A stretch of DNA of 64,000 nucleotides from Haliotis rufescens (lineage: Eukaryota). The stretch is taken from NCBI RefSeq assembly GCF_023055435.1, contig NW_025963891.1:3100001-3164000 (forward strand), given 5' to 3'. Numbering within the stretch: the first letter of the stretch is position 1; each line of letters starts with the position of its first letter. Shown one piece after another: positions 40,091 to 54,039 of this stretch. The notes beneath the pieces are model-generated. The model saw nothing but the letters and a program-made list of their open reading frames with translations. It made no database searches and was not told where the DNA came from. The translations under genes were made by a program, and so were the position numbers.

Positions 40091-41599
40091 CGCCACCTCC
40101 CAAAAATATCGAACGATGACCCACCCACCAACCCTCCCAAGATTAAAACAAAAGAATATCACATGACGGGCCCCTCAGTCCTTTACTATGAGCCCTTCAA
40201 GCACTGTGCTACTGAGTTTCAGATAATATTTTGAAAAATAGTGGCCAGGGAAGACGTGGTTATGCTTTACACGACCAGTCATAACATTGCTGAAATGTAT
40301 AGAATTTCCCAATACAATGTAGCATGGTATGCCTTGGAGAAGGTGGCATGCTTGCAACAATGTTGCTTGGAACGAAATGCCATGGAAGAAAGTCAACACT
40401 TGCGCCAAATAGTTTCATGTTAAATACAGTGTTATATGGTCTCTCTGAATGTTGTTATGTGTGTGAATGCATGTGTCAGCAAACGCAAGAAACTACAATG
40501 AGAACCTGTTTACGGAGACCCGGTTAATTATTGCTGAAACCTTACAGTGAGTACTGGAAACCCGAAAAGTCATCTTACTCATACAAGGTAATCAGGAGTA
40601 CTGCATATGAAATATTTACGGTAATACAACAACCGAACAAGTTTAATTACTTCGCCAGTGTTGTGTCCTACGCTGCATCCTCGTGATGGATCAGTACATC
40701 CCGCGCTCATACGTGGACGGTTCTCTGAAGGCGGATTGATCAGCCACGTGAGGAACGACCACCTGATCCACAGACACATTTACAATAAGCATGCCAAAGT
40801 GCAGCTTTGGATGTGATTCCCGGTCAACGCACCTGATGAGCTGATCAAGAGCTCAACCAGAGATAAACCAGAGCTGCACCAGAGGCGATCAAATCACACG
40901 GTCGAAGCTACGCACGGTCGACGCCACACATGACTTGAAATATGTTTTGGATATGCAAAGCCAAACAACACAGCCAGGACAAGCAACCTGTGTATTGTCT
41001 TAACAACCCACTAAGTCGATATGTCTCCAATACTTTTCAAGCGAGGACTTATGGTCTTATAAAAAATTCAATGTTCATCTTGAGTCGTAGTGCTCTGAAA
41101 CGAACCGTTCTGGATCCATCACACCTGCTACCCTTCAGCTATCTTTACACGTCGTGCACCGAAGATGCGATTACGAATACCAGCTTCATCATTTACGGGG
41201 ATGCTATGTTTCCTCCGCAATTAATTAAAGAAAATAGGACGATTAAGTTACGTTATTACCAGCCATGCCAAATGCATTGGTTTCATAAATCACACCAGTC
41301 ATTAAATCAAAATCTACTACCGGCATATTCGTGTAGCTGGTCATAAATGATTATTTCATAAAGAATGATACAAAGGAACGGTTTTTTAACAAATCATTAT
41401 GCGGCGTTATTCTCCCAAATATAGCTGAATGATTAAAGTTTCACTGATACCCACACGTACCATAGAAGTAATTTGAGCTGGATATAAGATTACAGTCTGC
41501 AAATCGATGTGGACGGGGATATCTTAGGTGGCGATATAGGAAAAAGCAGGTTGTGGTAACACTTGCATGCTGTATTGAATAAACAGATAGCTGCACGGG

Positions 41600-42052
41600 C
41601 TGATTGGGTATAAATATGTGATAGAGTGGGGGCAATGAATGCGGCCTGCGCAGTGGCCAACGTCGGGGCTGGGTGTACTGGGTTGTTCGTTCTCCCTCCC
41701 ACATCGCTCCATGTGCCTGGCAGTTGATGACGCGCACAGGTGCATAGGGAAAAAGTTTTGTGATAAGCTCGCTTGTGAAACTGCTGTCTGGTGCGGCACC
41801 ACTGGGCAAGATAGAAGCGAAGCGCTTTCCAGCTGACTGTAATGTTGAACGGGCGAGAAATGAACAGGTAGAGAACGCGAGCTGGAATACCAACCCAGGG
41901 AGGCACGTATATGCACCACTCAGAGACATGTTTCCAAGCGGTATATCGCGGGAGAGCCAGTAGCACGAGCCTCGGATACACCTTGAAGCCACGTGGAGAC
42001 AGGAGAAGACCACGTTCTTCAAGTTGACCGCTGCCTTCGCATCGATATCTAG
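41600..42052 (+). promoter_or_regulatory. Candidate promoter and non-coding first exon of the nAChR gene
   Basis: Repeat-free, CpG-richer island. ATTGG at 41603, TATAAATA at 41609-41616, several E-boxes, possible donor AG|gttcgt at 42053. The ATG exon has an acceptor at 49901, suggesting an upstream exon. Confidence 0.4.
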
Positions 42053-43069
42053 GTTCGTATGTAGGTGATTCTTCCAGTATCTGACCCTGTTTTCAGGTAC
42101 CGTAGACAATACCGAGTCATGCATGCGTTACACATCCTCAGCCACATACTAATTTCATTTTGTGGCAATTATTTAATGCTAACTTAAAGTTGGCTCACGA
42201 GACCGCTTGTGCACAGCAGAAAAAGCGACGGATCGATTTCCATATTGGCCAAACCAAACTTAACTCTCGCTGCTAAGTCATTAGCTATATTGATGTATTC
42301 GCACAGGTGAAAGTATTCGCAAAGATTTCAGCTTGCTACGACTACACAAGAATGTTTCGATGGAACGAGAGGACGAGTTTATTCGGAGGAATAAGTCACA
42401 TCGTGACGGGCATTTATTGGAGTATAGCTACCGGTTTAAATAGTCGCCTGGAAGAGGACGGTATTATTTTGCCGCCTATGTTTCGGCACAAACTCATCGA
42501 TCAAACCTAGTTGACGTAAAAGGCCTCAGCGTGCGCGTCAATAGTCTCAAGTTTGAGGTATAATATATTCAGACTGTTCGAAATCCTCTAACCGGGCTGC
42601 ATCCTGTCCTCTATAGAGAAAGTCGTGAAGGTAGGGGCGGCATATCAGAACCCCGGGGGAGGGTTGGAGACGGATGAGGGGGTGACTGAGATGTGGGGGG
42701 TGATACTGATTAGGGGGGATGCCTTCACTCCAGCACATTCCTTCGCTGTAAATAACATATTACCGTCGTTTGGATTTTTAGCTTTTTACACTTTAGGCAG
42801 TTAACGTAATGATATTTTAGCTAAGAGAACGCTATAAATTCCCCAGCTAACTATCCCACGGTACACCCAATCTGGGTAATTCTTCACTTTAGTTCTGGAG
42901 AGACGTACGTTATCTGTAACAGTTTTGTATTTGTTTATTTTTGTCACAACGTTTTGCAACGTGCTACGGTGTATCACAGTCATCCCCAGAGAACAATGAT
43001 CTCGACTATCTGCCGAAACAGATTCCATAGGTCGTAGAAGGCAATGCTATTTAATCTACACCTTGTTGG

Positions 43070-44660
43070 TTCATTCATCTGCTGACCTGTCTTAGTCATT
43101 GCCAGTTAATCCATATACTATTCTTAATAACAATGTATCAGTTTATCCTTATGCTAACACGTGTTAAAAATTGTCCGTCGATCCATTTGTTAGCCTTTGG
43201 CAAATATTGGATGAGTTAATCTATCTGCTAACCTTTAATGATCATTCCATCAGCTTTTCCATCTGCTGACTTCTGTATACAATTTCAGTTAACCCATCTA
43301 CTTTTGATAAATATTGTATTAGGTAATCCAGCTGCTAACCTTAATAAACATTGTATAAGTAAATAATCTGCTAACCTTTATAAAATACATTGTCAGTTAA
43401 CCTATTTGCTAACCTTTATATAAATTGTCATTTAATCCACGTACTTTTCGTAATAACAATGTATCAATTAATGCTTGTGCTAACCGGTAACATACATTCG
43501 GTACACATTTCCTATCCATCTTTTTAACTAGAATAAACACTGTTTTCTGTAATACATCTGCTAACATGTATGTACATTATATCCTTTATTCATTCCTCCA
43601 ACCTGTAATGGATTGCATTAGTACTCCATCTGCAAATCTGTGATCCATTGTGTTAATTACCCATCTGCTAACCTATAATACATTGTGTTAGTTATCCACC
43701 TGCTTACCTGTGATACATTGTGTTAGTTATCCATCTGCCAACCTATAATACATTGTGTTAGTTATCCATCTGCTAACCTATAATACATTGTGTTAGTTAT
43801 CCATCTGCTAACCTATAATGCATTGTGTTAGTTATCCACCTGCTAGGCTATAATACATTGTGTTAGTTATCCATCTGCTAACCTGTGATACATTGTGTTA
43901 GTTAATCCATTTACTGACCTGTAAAACATTGTGATAGTTAATCCACCTGTTAACCTGTGATGCATTGTGTCAGTTATCCATCTGCTAACTAATATTACGT
44001 TGTGTTAGTTAATCCATTTCCTGACCTGTAATGCTTTGTATGAGTTAATCCATCTGCTTAAACTATATCACAGTGTGTTAGTTAATCAATCTCTAATCTG
44101 TAATACATTGTATCTCTTAATCCATCTGCTTACCAATAATCCTCTGTATGCGTTAATCCCCCTGTCGACCTGCAATGATCTGTATGAGTTAATCCATCTG
44201 TCGACCTGCAATGCTATGTATGAGTTAACTCATTTGCTGATCTACACTGCTCTGTATGAGTTAACCCCCCCTATCGACCTGCAATGGTATGTATGAGTTA
44301 ACTCATTTGCTGACCTACACTGCTCTGTATGAATTAATCCCCCTGTCGACCTGCAATGCTATGTATGAGTTAATTCATTTGCTGACCTACAATGCTATGT
44401 ATGAGTTAATCCATCTGTCGAACTGCAATGCCCTGTATGAGTTAATCCATCTGCTGACCTGCAATGCTGTGTATGAGTTAATCCCCCTGTCGACCTGCAA
44501 TGCTGTGTATGAGTTGATCCACCTGCTGACCTACAATGATCTGTATGAGTTTAATCCATCTGCTGACCTGCAATGCTGTGTATGAGTTAATCCATCTGTT
44601 ACCCTGCAATGCTGTGTATGAGTTAACTTATCTGCTGACCTGTAACATTTCAATCAGTTA
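43070..44660. repeat. Minisatellite, 35-36-bp unit with a sequence gradient
   Basis: ttagttatccatctgctaacctataatacattgtg grading into gagttaatccatctgctgacctgcaatgctgtgtat. Confidence 0.9.
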
Positions 44661-45069
44661 ATTCAGCTATCTCGTATCTTCATAGACCATGATTGACACA
44701 GACTCACGATCAGAATGAAAACGTGTGTATAAAATATGTGTTTACTAAGCCAAAAGATTAATAACGGTTTTTAATTTGAATGTGAAGTAATTAACATATA
44801 CACGAGGAGCAATTACCATTTAAATGTGAAGCAATTACCATTTGCATATAATGCAATTACCATGCGGATATGACAAGGTTTTCGTTTGCAAAGTACTGTC
44901 TATTATGAGTGCAAAATAGAAACAACTTACAATGCGCGTGGGCTACGATACTCTTATATCCTCCCTTTCCGCTAAGATAAATAAGCACTATCTGAAATAA
45001 ATAAAATCTGTAACACACCACCTTATTCTGTAGTTCTATCCAAGTGTACTCTGATCTGCGCTAATACAT

Positions 45070-47690
45070 ATTTAAATGCACGTTGTGTGCAGTTCGTTTC
45101 CAGGGCAAATTGATCCCTACTAATAAATACATATAAATAATGTGCACGTTTATTCTGAGGCAACATTGATTGGTACTAATACCAAAATAAATGCACGTTG
45201 TGTGCAGCACTTTTCCAGAGCAAATTGTTCTATCCCAATGCACATATAAATGCGCGTTGTGTGCAGTTCGTTCTCAGGTCATAATGCTCTGTGTAAAACA
45301 GAGGGCATATTGTTCTTATATAAACATAAATACATGTTATATGTAGTTTTTGCTCAAGGCAATTTGTCTATATCACACCATATATATAAAGGTTATACGA
45401 AGATGATACTGAGGGGAAATTGTTCTTTACCAAATACATTTATCGTTTTATATAAGACACATATACATGTAATATGCAGTTCTTTCTCAGGGCATAGTGT
45501 TTTATATAAGGCATATATACATGTAATATGCATGTGGTTCTCATGGCATACATATTGTTCTGTATAAGACATATAAACATGGAAGATGCAGTTCTCAAGT
45601 CATAGTGTCCTTATATTATAAACATATGGACATGTAATATGCAGTTGTTTATCAGTGCATATTGTTCTATATAAAACATATATACATGTAATATGCAGTT
45701 CTTTCTCAGGGCATATTGTTCTATATAAAACATATATACATGTACATGTAATATGCAGTTCTTTCACAGGGTATATTGTTCTATATAAAACATATATACA
45801 TGTAGTATGCAGTTCCTCCATTAGTACATGTAATATGCAGTTCTTTCTCAGGGCATATTGTTCTATATAAAACATATATACATGTAGTATGCAGTTCTTT
45901 CTCAGGACATAATGTTCCATATAAAACATATATACATGTAACATGCAGTTCTTTCTCAGGGCATATTGTGTTTTATGAAACATATATACATGTTATACGG
46001 TTCTTTCTAGGGCATATTGTTCCATATAAAACATATATGCATGTAATATGCAGTTTTTTTTATCAGGGCATATTGTTCTATATAAAACATATATACATGT
46101 AATATGCAGTTGTTTAACAGGGCATATTGTTCATTCATAAAACATATATACATGTAATATGCAGTTGTTTATCAAGGCTTACTGGTCTATACAACAATAT
46201 ATATACATGTAATATGCAGTTCTTCTCAGGGCATATTGTTCTATATAAAACATATATACATGTACGTGTAATGTGCATTTTTTTCTCAGGACATATTTTT
46301 CTATATAAAACATAAAAACATGTAATATGCAGTTCTTTCTCAGGTATATAGCCCGTATTTTAAACTGTATTATTGATATTGTTACACTCACTCACTCTTT
46401 CTCAGGGCCTATTGTTCTATATAAAACATATATACGTGTCATATGCTGTTCTTTCCTAGGACATATAGTTCCATATAAAACATATATACATGGACATGTG
46501 ATATGTAGTTCTTTCTCAGAGCATATTGTTCTGTATAAAACATATAAACATGTAATATGCAGTTCTTTCTAAAGGTATATTGTATATAAAACATATATAC
46601 ATGTAAATACAATATTCAGCTCCTTCTAAGGTCGTATTGTTCTAAATAATACATTTATACATGTAATATGCTGATCTTTCGCAGGGCATATTGTTTTATA
46701 TAAGGCTCTCAGGGCATACATATTGTTCTGTACAATATATGGACATATATACATGGAAGATGCAGTTCTCAGGGCATATTGTAATGTATAAAACATATAT
46801 TCTTGTTATGTGCAGTTCTTGCTCAAGGCATGAGTCTATATCACAACATATATACAGGTAATACGAAGTTCATACTGAGGACAAATTGTTCTTCACCAAA
46901 AGTATTTATACCCGAAACATGGCACACCGTTCTGTGAAACACTTGGACACGTAATATACTGTTCGTTCCGAGAGCAAATCATATTAAATATGCAGTTCTT
47001 TCTCAGGGCATATTGTTCTATATAAAACATATATACATGTACATGTAATATGCAGTTCTTTCACAGGGTATATTGTTCTATATAAAACATATATACATGT
47101 AGTATGCAGTTCCTCCATTAGTACATGTAACATGCAGTTCTTTCTCAAGGCATATTGTTCTATATAAAACATATATACATGTAGTATGCAGTTCTTTCTC
47201 AGGACATAATGTTCCATATAAAACATATATACATGTAACATGCAGTTCTTTCTCAGGGCATATTGTGTTTTATGAAACATATATACATGTTATACGGTTC
47301 TTTCTAGGGCATATTGTTCCATATAAAACATATATGCATGTAATATGCAGTTTTTTTTATCAGGGCATAATGTTCTATATAAAACATATATACATGTAAT
47401 ATGCAGTTGTTTAACAGGGCATATTGTTCATTCATAAAACATATATACATGTAATATGCAGTTGTTTATCAAGGCTTACTGGTCTATACAACAATATATA
47501 TACATGTAATATGCAGTTCTTCTCAGGGCATATTGTTCTATATAAAACATATATACATGTACGTGTAATGTGCATTTTTTTCTCAGGACATATTTTTCTA
47601 TATAAAACATAAAAACATGTAATATGCAGTTCTTTCTCAGGTATATAGCCCGTATTTTAAACTGTATTATTGATATTGTTATGCTGAAAT
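45070..47690. repeat. Minisatellite, about 54-bp unit, with a block duplication
   Basis: acatgtaatatgcagttctttctcagggcatattgttctatataaaacatatat; about 45690-46383 recurs at offset 1297. Confidence 0.93.
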
Positions 47691-48064
47691 ATGTTTAAAT
47701 ACAGTATGCTCAAATATGTTTCATAACTTGTTTATAAATATACCTTTGCATAAATTGAGGATATAATAACTTGGTCTCGTCTCTATGTGGCTGAAATAAT
47801 GCCGATAAGACGTAAAGAGCAAATCATATTAAATAAAAACAATATACAATTAAAAACGACAATACAATTTCGACAATTATGAAATCTGTCCCAAAAGCAG
47901 AGTCCATAACGATGCTGACTATATTATGTTTTTATGAATCGCTGTTAATGGTTACCAGTGATGATACAAGCGGCTCTTGTTCAGGGCAAATGGTCCTCTA
48001 TTGATATATATGAGTAATGTGCAGTTCTTCGTCTTTCAAACTGACCTTTTCTGTATCGCCCATG

Positions 48065-48980
48065 ATCTGATACAGTGTCCTATGTGTATAAGTGTTTATC
48101 CCCCCTGTCTGTCATACAGTGTCCTGTGTGTAAATGTTTATCCCCTCTGTCTGTCATACAGTGTCATATGTGTATAAGTGTTAATTCTCCCTGTCTGTCA
48201 TAGAGTGTCCTATTTGTGCAAATATCTATCCCCTCTGTCTGTCATAAAGTGTCCTATGTGTAAAAGTGATTGTCCTCCCTGTCTGTCATACAGTGTCCTA
48301 TGTGCATACGTGTTTGTCCTCCCTGTCTATCATACAGTGTCCTATGTGCATAAGTGTTTATCCCCTCTGTCTGTCATACAGTGTCCTATGTGTGTAAATG
48401 TTTATTCCCCCTGTCTGTCATACAGTGTCCTATGTATATAAGTGTTTATCCTCCCCATCTGTCATACAGTGTCCTATGTGTATGTGTGTTTGTCCTCCCT
48501 GACTGTCATACAGTGTCCTATGAATGAATGAATAAATAGTCTTTATTTCCTCCATTAGTACTGTATATATGCGTTTATACCCTTTATCTCTCAGCACTGT
48601 CTTCTGATTTTGTGGGTTTATCCACTTTGTCTCTCCAACAGTGTCTTTTGTATATATGCGTTCATCCCTTTGTCTCTCCAGCCTCCAGCAGTGTCTTCTG
48701 TATACATTGCGTTTATCCCCTTTGTCTCTCCAACAGTGTCTTTTGTATGTATGTGTTCATCCTTTTTGTCTCTCCTACAGTGTCTATGCGTTCACCCCCT
48801 TTGTCTCTCCAGCAGTGTCTTCTCTGTATATGCTTTTGTCTTCTTTGTCTCTCCAGCAGTGTCTTCTCTGTATATGCTTTTATCCCCTTTGTCTCTCCAG
48901 CAGTGTCTTCTCTGTATATGCTTTTATCCCCTTTGTCTCTCCAGCAGAGTCTTCTGTATATATGTGTTCATCCTCCCTAT
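48065..48980. repeat. Two adjacent related 44-bp minisatellite sub-arrays
   Basis: gtcatacagtgtcctatgtgtataagtgtttatcccctctgtct, then ctccagcagtgtcttctctgtatatgcttttatcccctttgtct. Confidence 0.9.
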
Positions 48981-49922
48981 CTATCCTGCCCTGAGTATAT
49001 ACAAGTATGTGTTTAACCTACAGTGTTCTCTTCAGATGTGCGTTACATTGTTTATGCACCTGTAGCTTCTAATGTGTATAAATGTAAAGCCTCTGTCTTA
49101 CATAGAATCACCGTGTGGGTCTGCTTATTCTTACTGGTTATGATTGTGGCAGTATGTATATATTCCCCTGGGCTTGTATAGTTTACACTGGCCCTTAGTG
49201 TGATCTAATCTTGTCTCGATGAATATGTCTATCCCTTGAACGTTAGCGGTATTGTTGGAGTTTGTTTCGCACAAAGGTGTTCTATTTTCTCGTTATTGGA
49301 ACAGGTTGCTTTCTGCATTGTTATCTACAGGATTTATTTGAAGTTGACATAACTCAATACCAGGACTGTGATTACAGCCAGTGAGAAAAAAAGGTGTTAT
49401 AAGTGGGAGTAAGGTTGTAGAACTATGTAGCATAGTGTATGTTCCAAAGGGGTGATGGTCATTGGCTGTGCCTAGGGAGTATGGACTCTTGGATGTTGGA
49501 AGGGTGAGTATGGGGGTAGGGGTGGGGTAGTTCCGTGACTGTGTCGGGTGAATATGTGCTGTTCAAAGTGGTGCTTGGCTGTGACCGTTGTTGAGGTTGG
49601 GATATTGGAGGTATTATGTTGCATTGCGACTAGAACTAAATGTGTGTGGGATGTTCCAATGAGGCCTTGTGATGCAGTCGTGTTCAGGGCATGCGAGATG
49701 TTTGAATGGCGTACAAAAATGCCACAAAGAGGTACAACCTCTTTGCCTACAGTTGACTCAACAAACGCTACACTTTATTGCTGATTTAGCCTTACAGAAA
49801 CTTTGACTATGCAATGCTGTTATTTCAAATGACAAATCAGATTTACTTGGTTAGCAAAATATTTCATTTCTTCTCGTCAACAATTACTATTTGTGTTATA
49901 GAGACAAGCCGGAGGACTCAAC

Positions 49923-49977
49923 ATGGACGTGTATCGTGCTATTTACGGCCTTGCTGTCTTGGCGATGTCATTGATTT
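49923..49977 (+). CDS. Anion-type nicotinic acetylcholine receptor alpha subunit, coding exon 1 (signal peptide MDVYRAIYGLAVLAMSLI)
   Basis: ATG in good context (caacATGg), hydrophobic signal-like peptide, donor T|gtaagt at 49978. Phase 1 matches the next exon. Upstream acceptor ttgtgttatag ends at 49901. Confidence 0.8.
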
Positions 49978-50067
49978 GTAAGTATTTATCAATCTTCACT
50001 TCGTATCAGCCACTAGATAGGCTCACAATTTGATGCGTATGTTCTAATACCTGATTCGTAATGATTT

Positions 50068-50217
50068 TATTTCTAGGTTTGTCAGCACCATACCCATGCC
50101 TGTGGGTTTCATAAATGTGGTAAACGTCTGTCACATCTCTTCAGGTGTCCGTAAACGTCGGACTGACACGCTGTGATAGAAGTGAAAGCGTCGTTAAACC
50201 AAATACACTCACTCACT
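50068..50217 (+). mobile_element. 5'-truncated SINE, family B, in nAChR intron
   Basis: tttctaggtttgtcagcaccatacc...gtggtaaacgtctg...cgttaaacc..actcactcac. Confidence 0.8.
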
Positions 50218-51011
50218 TACCTACTACATGACACTCAGGGCACCACTGAAATAGTATTCCAAATACAATGTACATCCTGTAGTCAAACCGTGTATTGTTA
50301 CATCTCTCAGTAGCCAGTTTCCGTACTAGAAAGATATGTGTTGCTGAAACCAATTACCGTTTCAATTGCGATCACTAAATTAAACTATTTTCAAATTATC
50401 GCCTGTCATATCACGGGCTGACGTTTATCATAAGCAATTGTTAACGATCTCATTAAGCAAATCGACATTCATTTTGGAATAAGCGTGGTTGGTGACATTA
50501 CCAGTTTCTGTGTTGTAAGCCATTAGACCTTCATTTACTAAAACAGCTATGGACGAAAATTTGAGTACAAATGTACATTAACCATATCCGACATGTGTTG
50601 TCACTTATAATTTATCGTTCGTATAGTTATAATCGTTTTCCTTTACACTGAAAAATGAATGATATATTTTTTCCAGTTCATCATATTTTCTAAAAGTAAT
50701 ATTTCCGAACCATGTAATATATAATAGGTAATATCTTACAGTGTTGTAACAACTAATATAATATATAATCTACTCTATAAATCACTATACAAAGTTTAAC
50801 ATTATTAGACACAATGAACTATACACAATGAACAATGTACACTATATTCTCCCCAATATACCGTAATCGCTGTTAAATACACGATTCTCCATATCATACG
50901 ACACGAGCTTCACTATACTCAGTATATTCACAACGTCAAAGCCAGAGAATAATGTGTCGCGAATATCTGCCAAAGTAATGAATATAACATCAATGGATCA
51001 CTGGAAATCGG

Positions 51012-51160
51012 TTATGACACCAGGTGTTCGCGAAAAGGGAAAACATATTCTGTTCTAACGGAAACATCCGTCACTCCCACAAGTTTCATTAAACAAGTGT
51101 CAGAGGATGAGGAGGTGTGGAAACCCATGTGTGAGACATAGCATCATGTTGACAAGGCCA
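51012..51160 (-). mobile_element. Penelope-like element 3' end/terminal core
   Basis: atgacaccaggtgttcgcgaaaagggaaaacat..., collinear with 4075-4205. Confidence 0.6.
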
Positions 51161-52213
51161 CAGTCACTCGGCAGTTGTCTACGTATTACCTCAACTTGAC
51201 TTTCTGCAATATTCATGTACTTACAGTCACGACTGTTTATTCGGCGCCTACTGAATCATCTCTGTGTAATGTATCACTTAGTTTCCCCCAAAAGCAAGCT
51301 GACATGACGTGATGTAATTGAAATACTGTTTAAAGCGGCGTTGAACCCATCTCACTCATTCTCTCTGTGATGAAGAAATAAACGTATTTACTCTGTTACT
51401 GTTAAATTAACAAAGGCACGAATCACCCAATTGCTGGTCGTAGGCATAGGCTGAATGCGTTTTGATGGCCAGTGTCTGTCCCGCTGCTGTTGTTGTGCAG
51501 CAATGCCCTGATGGCCTGGGACTTTGCTCAAGATATTAATCATAGGTGTTCCTCGTCCGAACCTGTTTCAGGTCGCCGTCAAACAGCTGGAATATTGCTG
51601 AGTGCAATCTAACAACATACATTCGTTAACGCACTTATTCAGTCATGACATTACATTGTAAATACAGTTTCATGTGCTGCAATTGTCTCGTGCATGTTGT
51701 ACCATTCGGTTATGAAATTAAACTGTCTGTATAGCCTCGATTAAGCTGTACAAATCATTCTTAGCATTACTGAGAACAGCGTTATCTATGTAAAGCATAC
51801 TTGTCTCGATGCTATTAATACTATAGATGTTGTCCCGTGAACCGTTTCCTCAATTTACTAATTGTGTGCAAGCTTACGGGGTTTTTAAAATGGATTTACA
51901 CAATTCCAATTTCAATAAAACTCACATTGAATTTTCTTACAGAATGATTGAATGTTCTTGAAGTCTCCCACTGACATGTAGCATGTTTTACATCACAGTG
52001 CGTTTATACGACCAAAGTAGGATCTTAATATAAGGTTTCTCTACTATCTCTTGAGTCAACGATGTGATGTACTCACAACGTATGAACGGACAGATTTCAT
52101 TTTATAACTTAAGAAATATCGCAACGTTCTGCAAGCACTTCAAGAGAGTCAAAGCAAAGATGTTCAAACCCATTCTTTTGTTGACAAATTTCCTCTTGTT
52201 TCTGCGTCCATAG

Positions 52214-52428
52214 CTACGTCCAGTGGTAATCGAGGTGTGGACACGCTCTCCTACGAAGACCAGCTTGTGAAACAGATTCTCCACAAGTATCGTGTGCGCG
52301 GAAAATACAGTCGCCCAGTTCGGCATTTCAACGACACTCTTAAAGTCACCTTTGGCATACAATTGACGCAGATCATGGACTTGAACGAGCAGGATCAGAT
52401 ACTAACGCTGAATGTGTGGGACATTTAC
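52214..52428 (+). CDS. nAChR coding exon 2 (N-terminal helix, RPV motif, loop D: ...YEDQLVKQILHKY..SRPV..GIQLTQIMDLNEQDQILTLNVWDIY)
   Basis: Acceptor ttgtttctgcgtccatag, donor gtaagt at 52429. In frame with exon 1 (T+CT=Ser). Typical Cys-loop receptor N-terminal motifs. Confidence 0.93.
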
Positions 52429-52439
52429 GTAAGTACATA

Positions 52440-53350
52440 AAATCGGATTGAGACAGGGGCACTTAATATCAAGGTCCTAAAGTGGAGCTACAGATACTGA
52501 AACAGAACGGGGATAAATATAGTTCAGGATTGAGACATTAAGTATCAAGGATCAAACGGAGATGTATCTATATGTGTGTGGGGTTGATATACTGATCTAC
52601 TTTTAAGGGTCGAGGCACTTGAACCAAACTGCAAAGGTCTAACGGGTGCGGATGTTATAATGTATATTTTACTAGTTTTGGGGCTCTGTCATAAACACAA
52701 GACGCAAATTTAAAAGGTTGAGGCATTGTCACTGTATATCAAGGATCTAACTTCGAACGGATATATGTACGCACGGTTGAGGTATTGCAACACAAATATC
52801 AAGGATCTAAGGATGTTTGCCACTCAATTGACTTGACAGTCAGTATCTAGGATCTATATATATACAGGTCGAGTGTATGTAGGTCGAGCCACTGACTCTA
52901 CATGTCTATGATCTTGAGGGGGCACATGTATGTAGGGTTGATGAACTGACCCTTACTATGAAGGATATAACGGTAATCACGTTCATACAATAACCCGTCA
53001 CCAAATAGCAAGAATCTAATGTGACTATGTAGGAGGGGATTTAACAAAGCCCATACATACGTTTCCGTTTCATTGCAACTTGCTGCAACAAAGAAGTTTT
53101 GTGTAACCGACCTTCCAGGGTTTTGCTACACATGTTTTGCACTAACTCCAGGTGTCCCCGATCTAATATCCAGAAGGGTTGAGGCACTGACGCAAAATAG
53201 CAAGGCTCTAAACTACTCGTCAGGTTGAGACATAGACATATATCAAGGGTCTGGACACTGACACTTAAGACCAAGGATGTAACATGTATACACATGTATG
53301 TAGGGTTGACACACTGGCACTAAATACCAAGGATGTAACAGAGATCCCTA
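52440..53350. repeat. Old degenerate tandem repeat
   Basis: Recurrent ggttgaggcactgac...atatcaaggatctaa motif. Confidence 0.6.
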
Positions 53351-53436
53351 TATGTAGGATGACATACTCATTGAAACTAACTGCAGCAGGATCTCAGATG
53401 AATTCATTAATTCATCTTGAAGTGTTGCTGCAGGAA

Positions 53437-53524
53437 TTAGCTTCACAGTGTGTAATCGTGTTGGAAATCCGAGCCTTTGGCGTGACGAGCGTACGGTTTA
53501 ACGACTGCGCTATCCCACCTCCCC
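53437..53524 (-). mobile_element. Decayed SINE, family A
   Basis: ctttggcgtgacgagcg..tttaac.ac..gctatcccacc matches the family A head. Confidence 0.65.
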
Positions 53525-54039
53525 TTCACAAATATAATAACACTATTATAATATACCTGTGTAAATATAACACCTCAGTGCCAGAGAATAACCCGTCTGG
53601 ATTCTCTGCCGGAACAGGTTCCATTTGGCGCAAAACGTAAAATAGCGGTAAACATTACATGAATGGATCCCTGAAAATCAGTGTTGACACCAAGTGTAAG
53701 GGTAAGCATGTCCCGCCCTCGTACAATTCGCATAAAAAAGTAAGTGTTTGTTGACTGATGCCACACAGCAGTACTCCTGCCACACGACGGCGGCCTGATT
53801 TTAAAAAAAAGTTACATGTACATCTATCAAACAAACAGTATGTTAGCATAGCGTAATGGATCACCGTGTGTCTGGGGTATCATTATACTTTTGTGATGTA
53901 TTATTCTTAACGGATAGGATAATAATATATGCAGTTAGCTTTAAAGGGATGCACAAGTAGATTTTTGCTGAATGCTTGGCCATCGATGTGTAAATATGAC
54001 CCTGGTAATGTACAAATGATGATAAAGATGAAATGTTTG

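Noticed and set aside
41441-42124. 227-aa minus-strand ORF and overlapping ORFs
   Set aside because: No recognisable domain; explained by local GC richness of a probable promoter/UTR.
52221-52224. Alternative acceptor cag at 52223
   Set aside because: Out of frame with the phase-1 signal-peptide exon.
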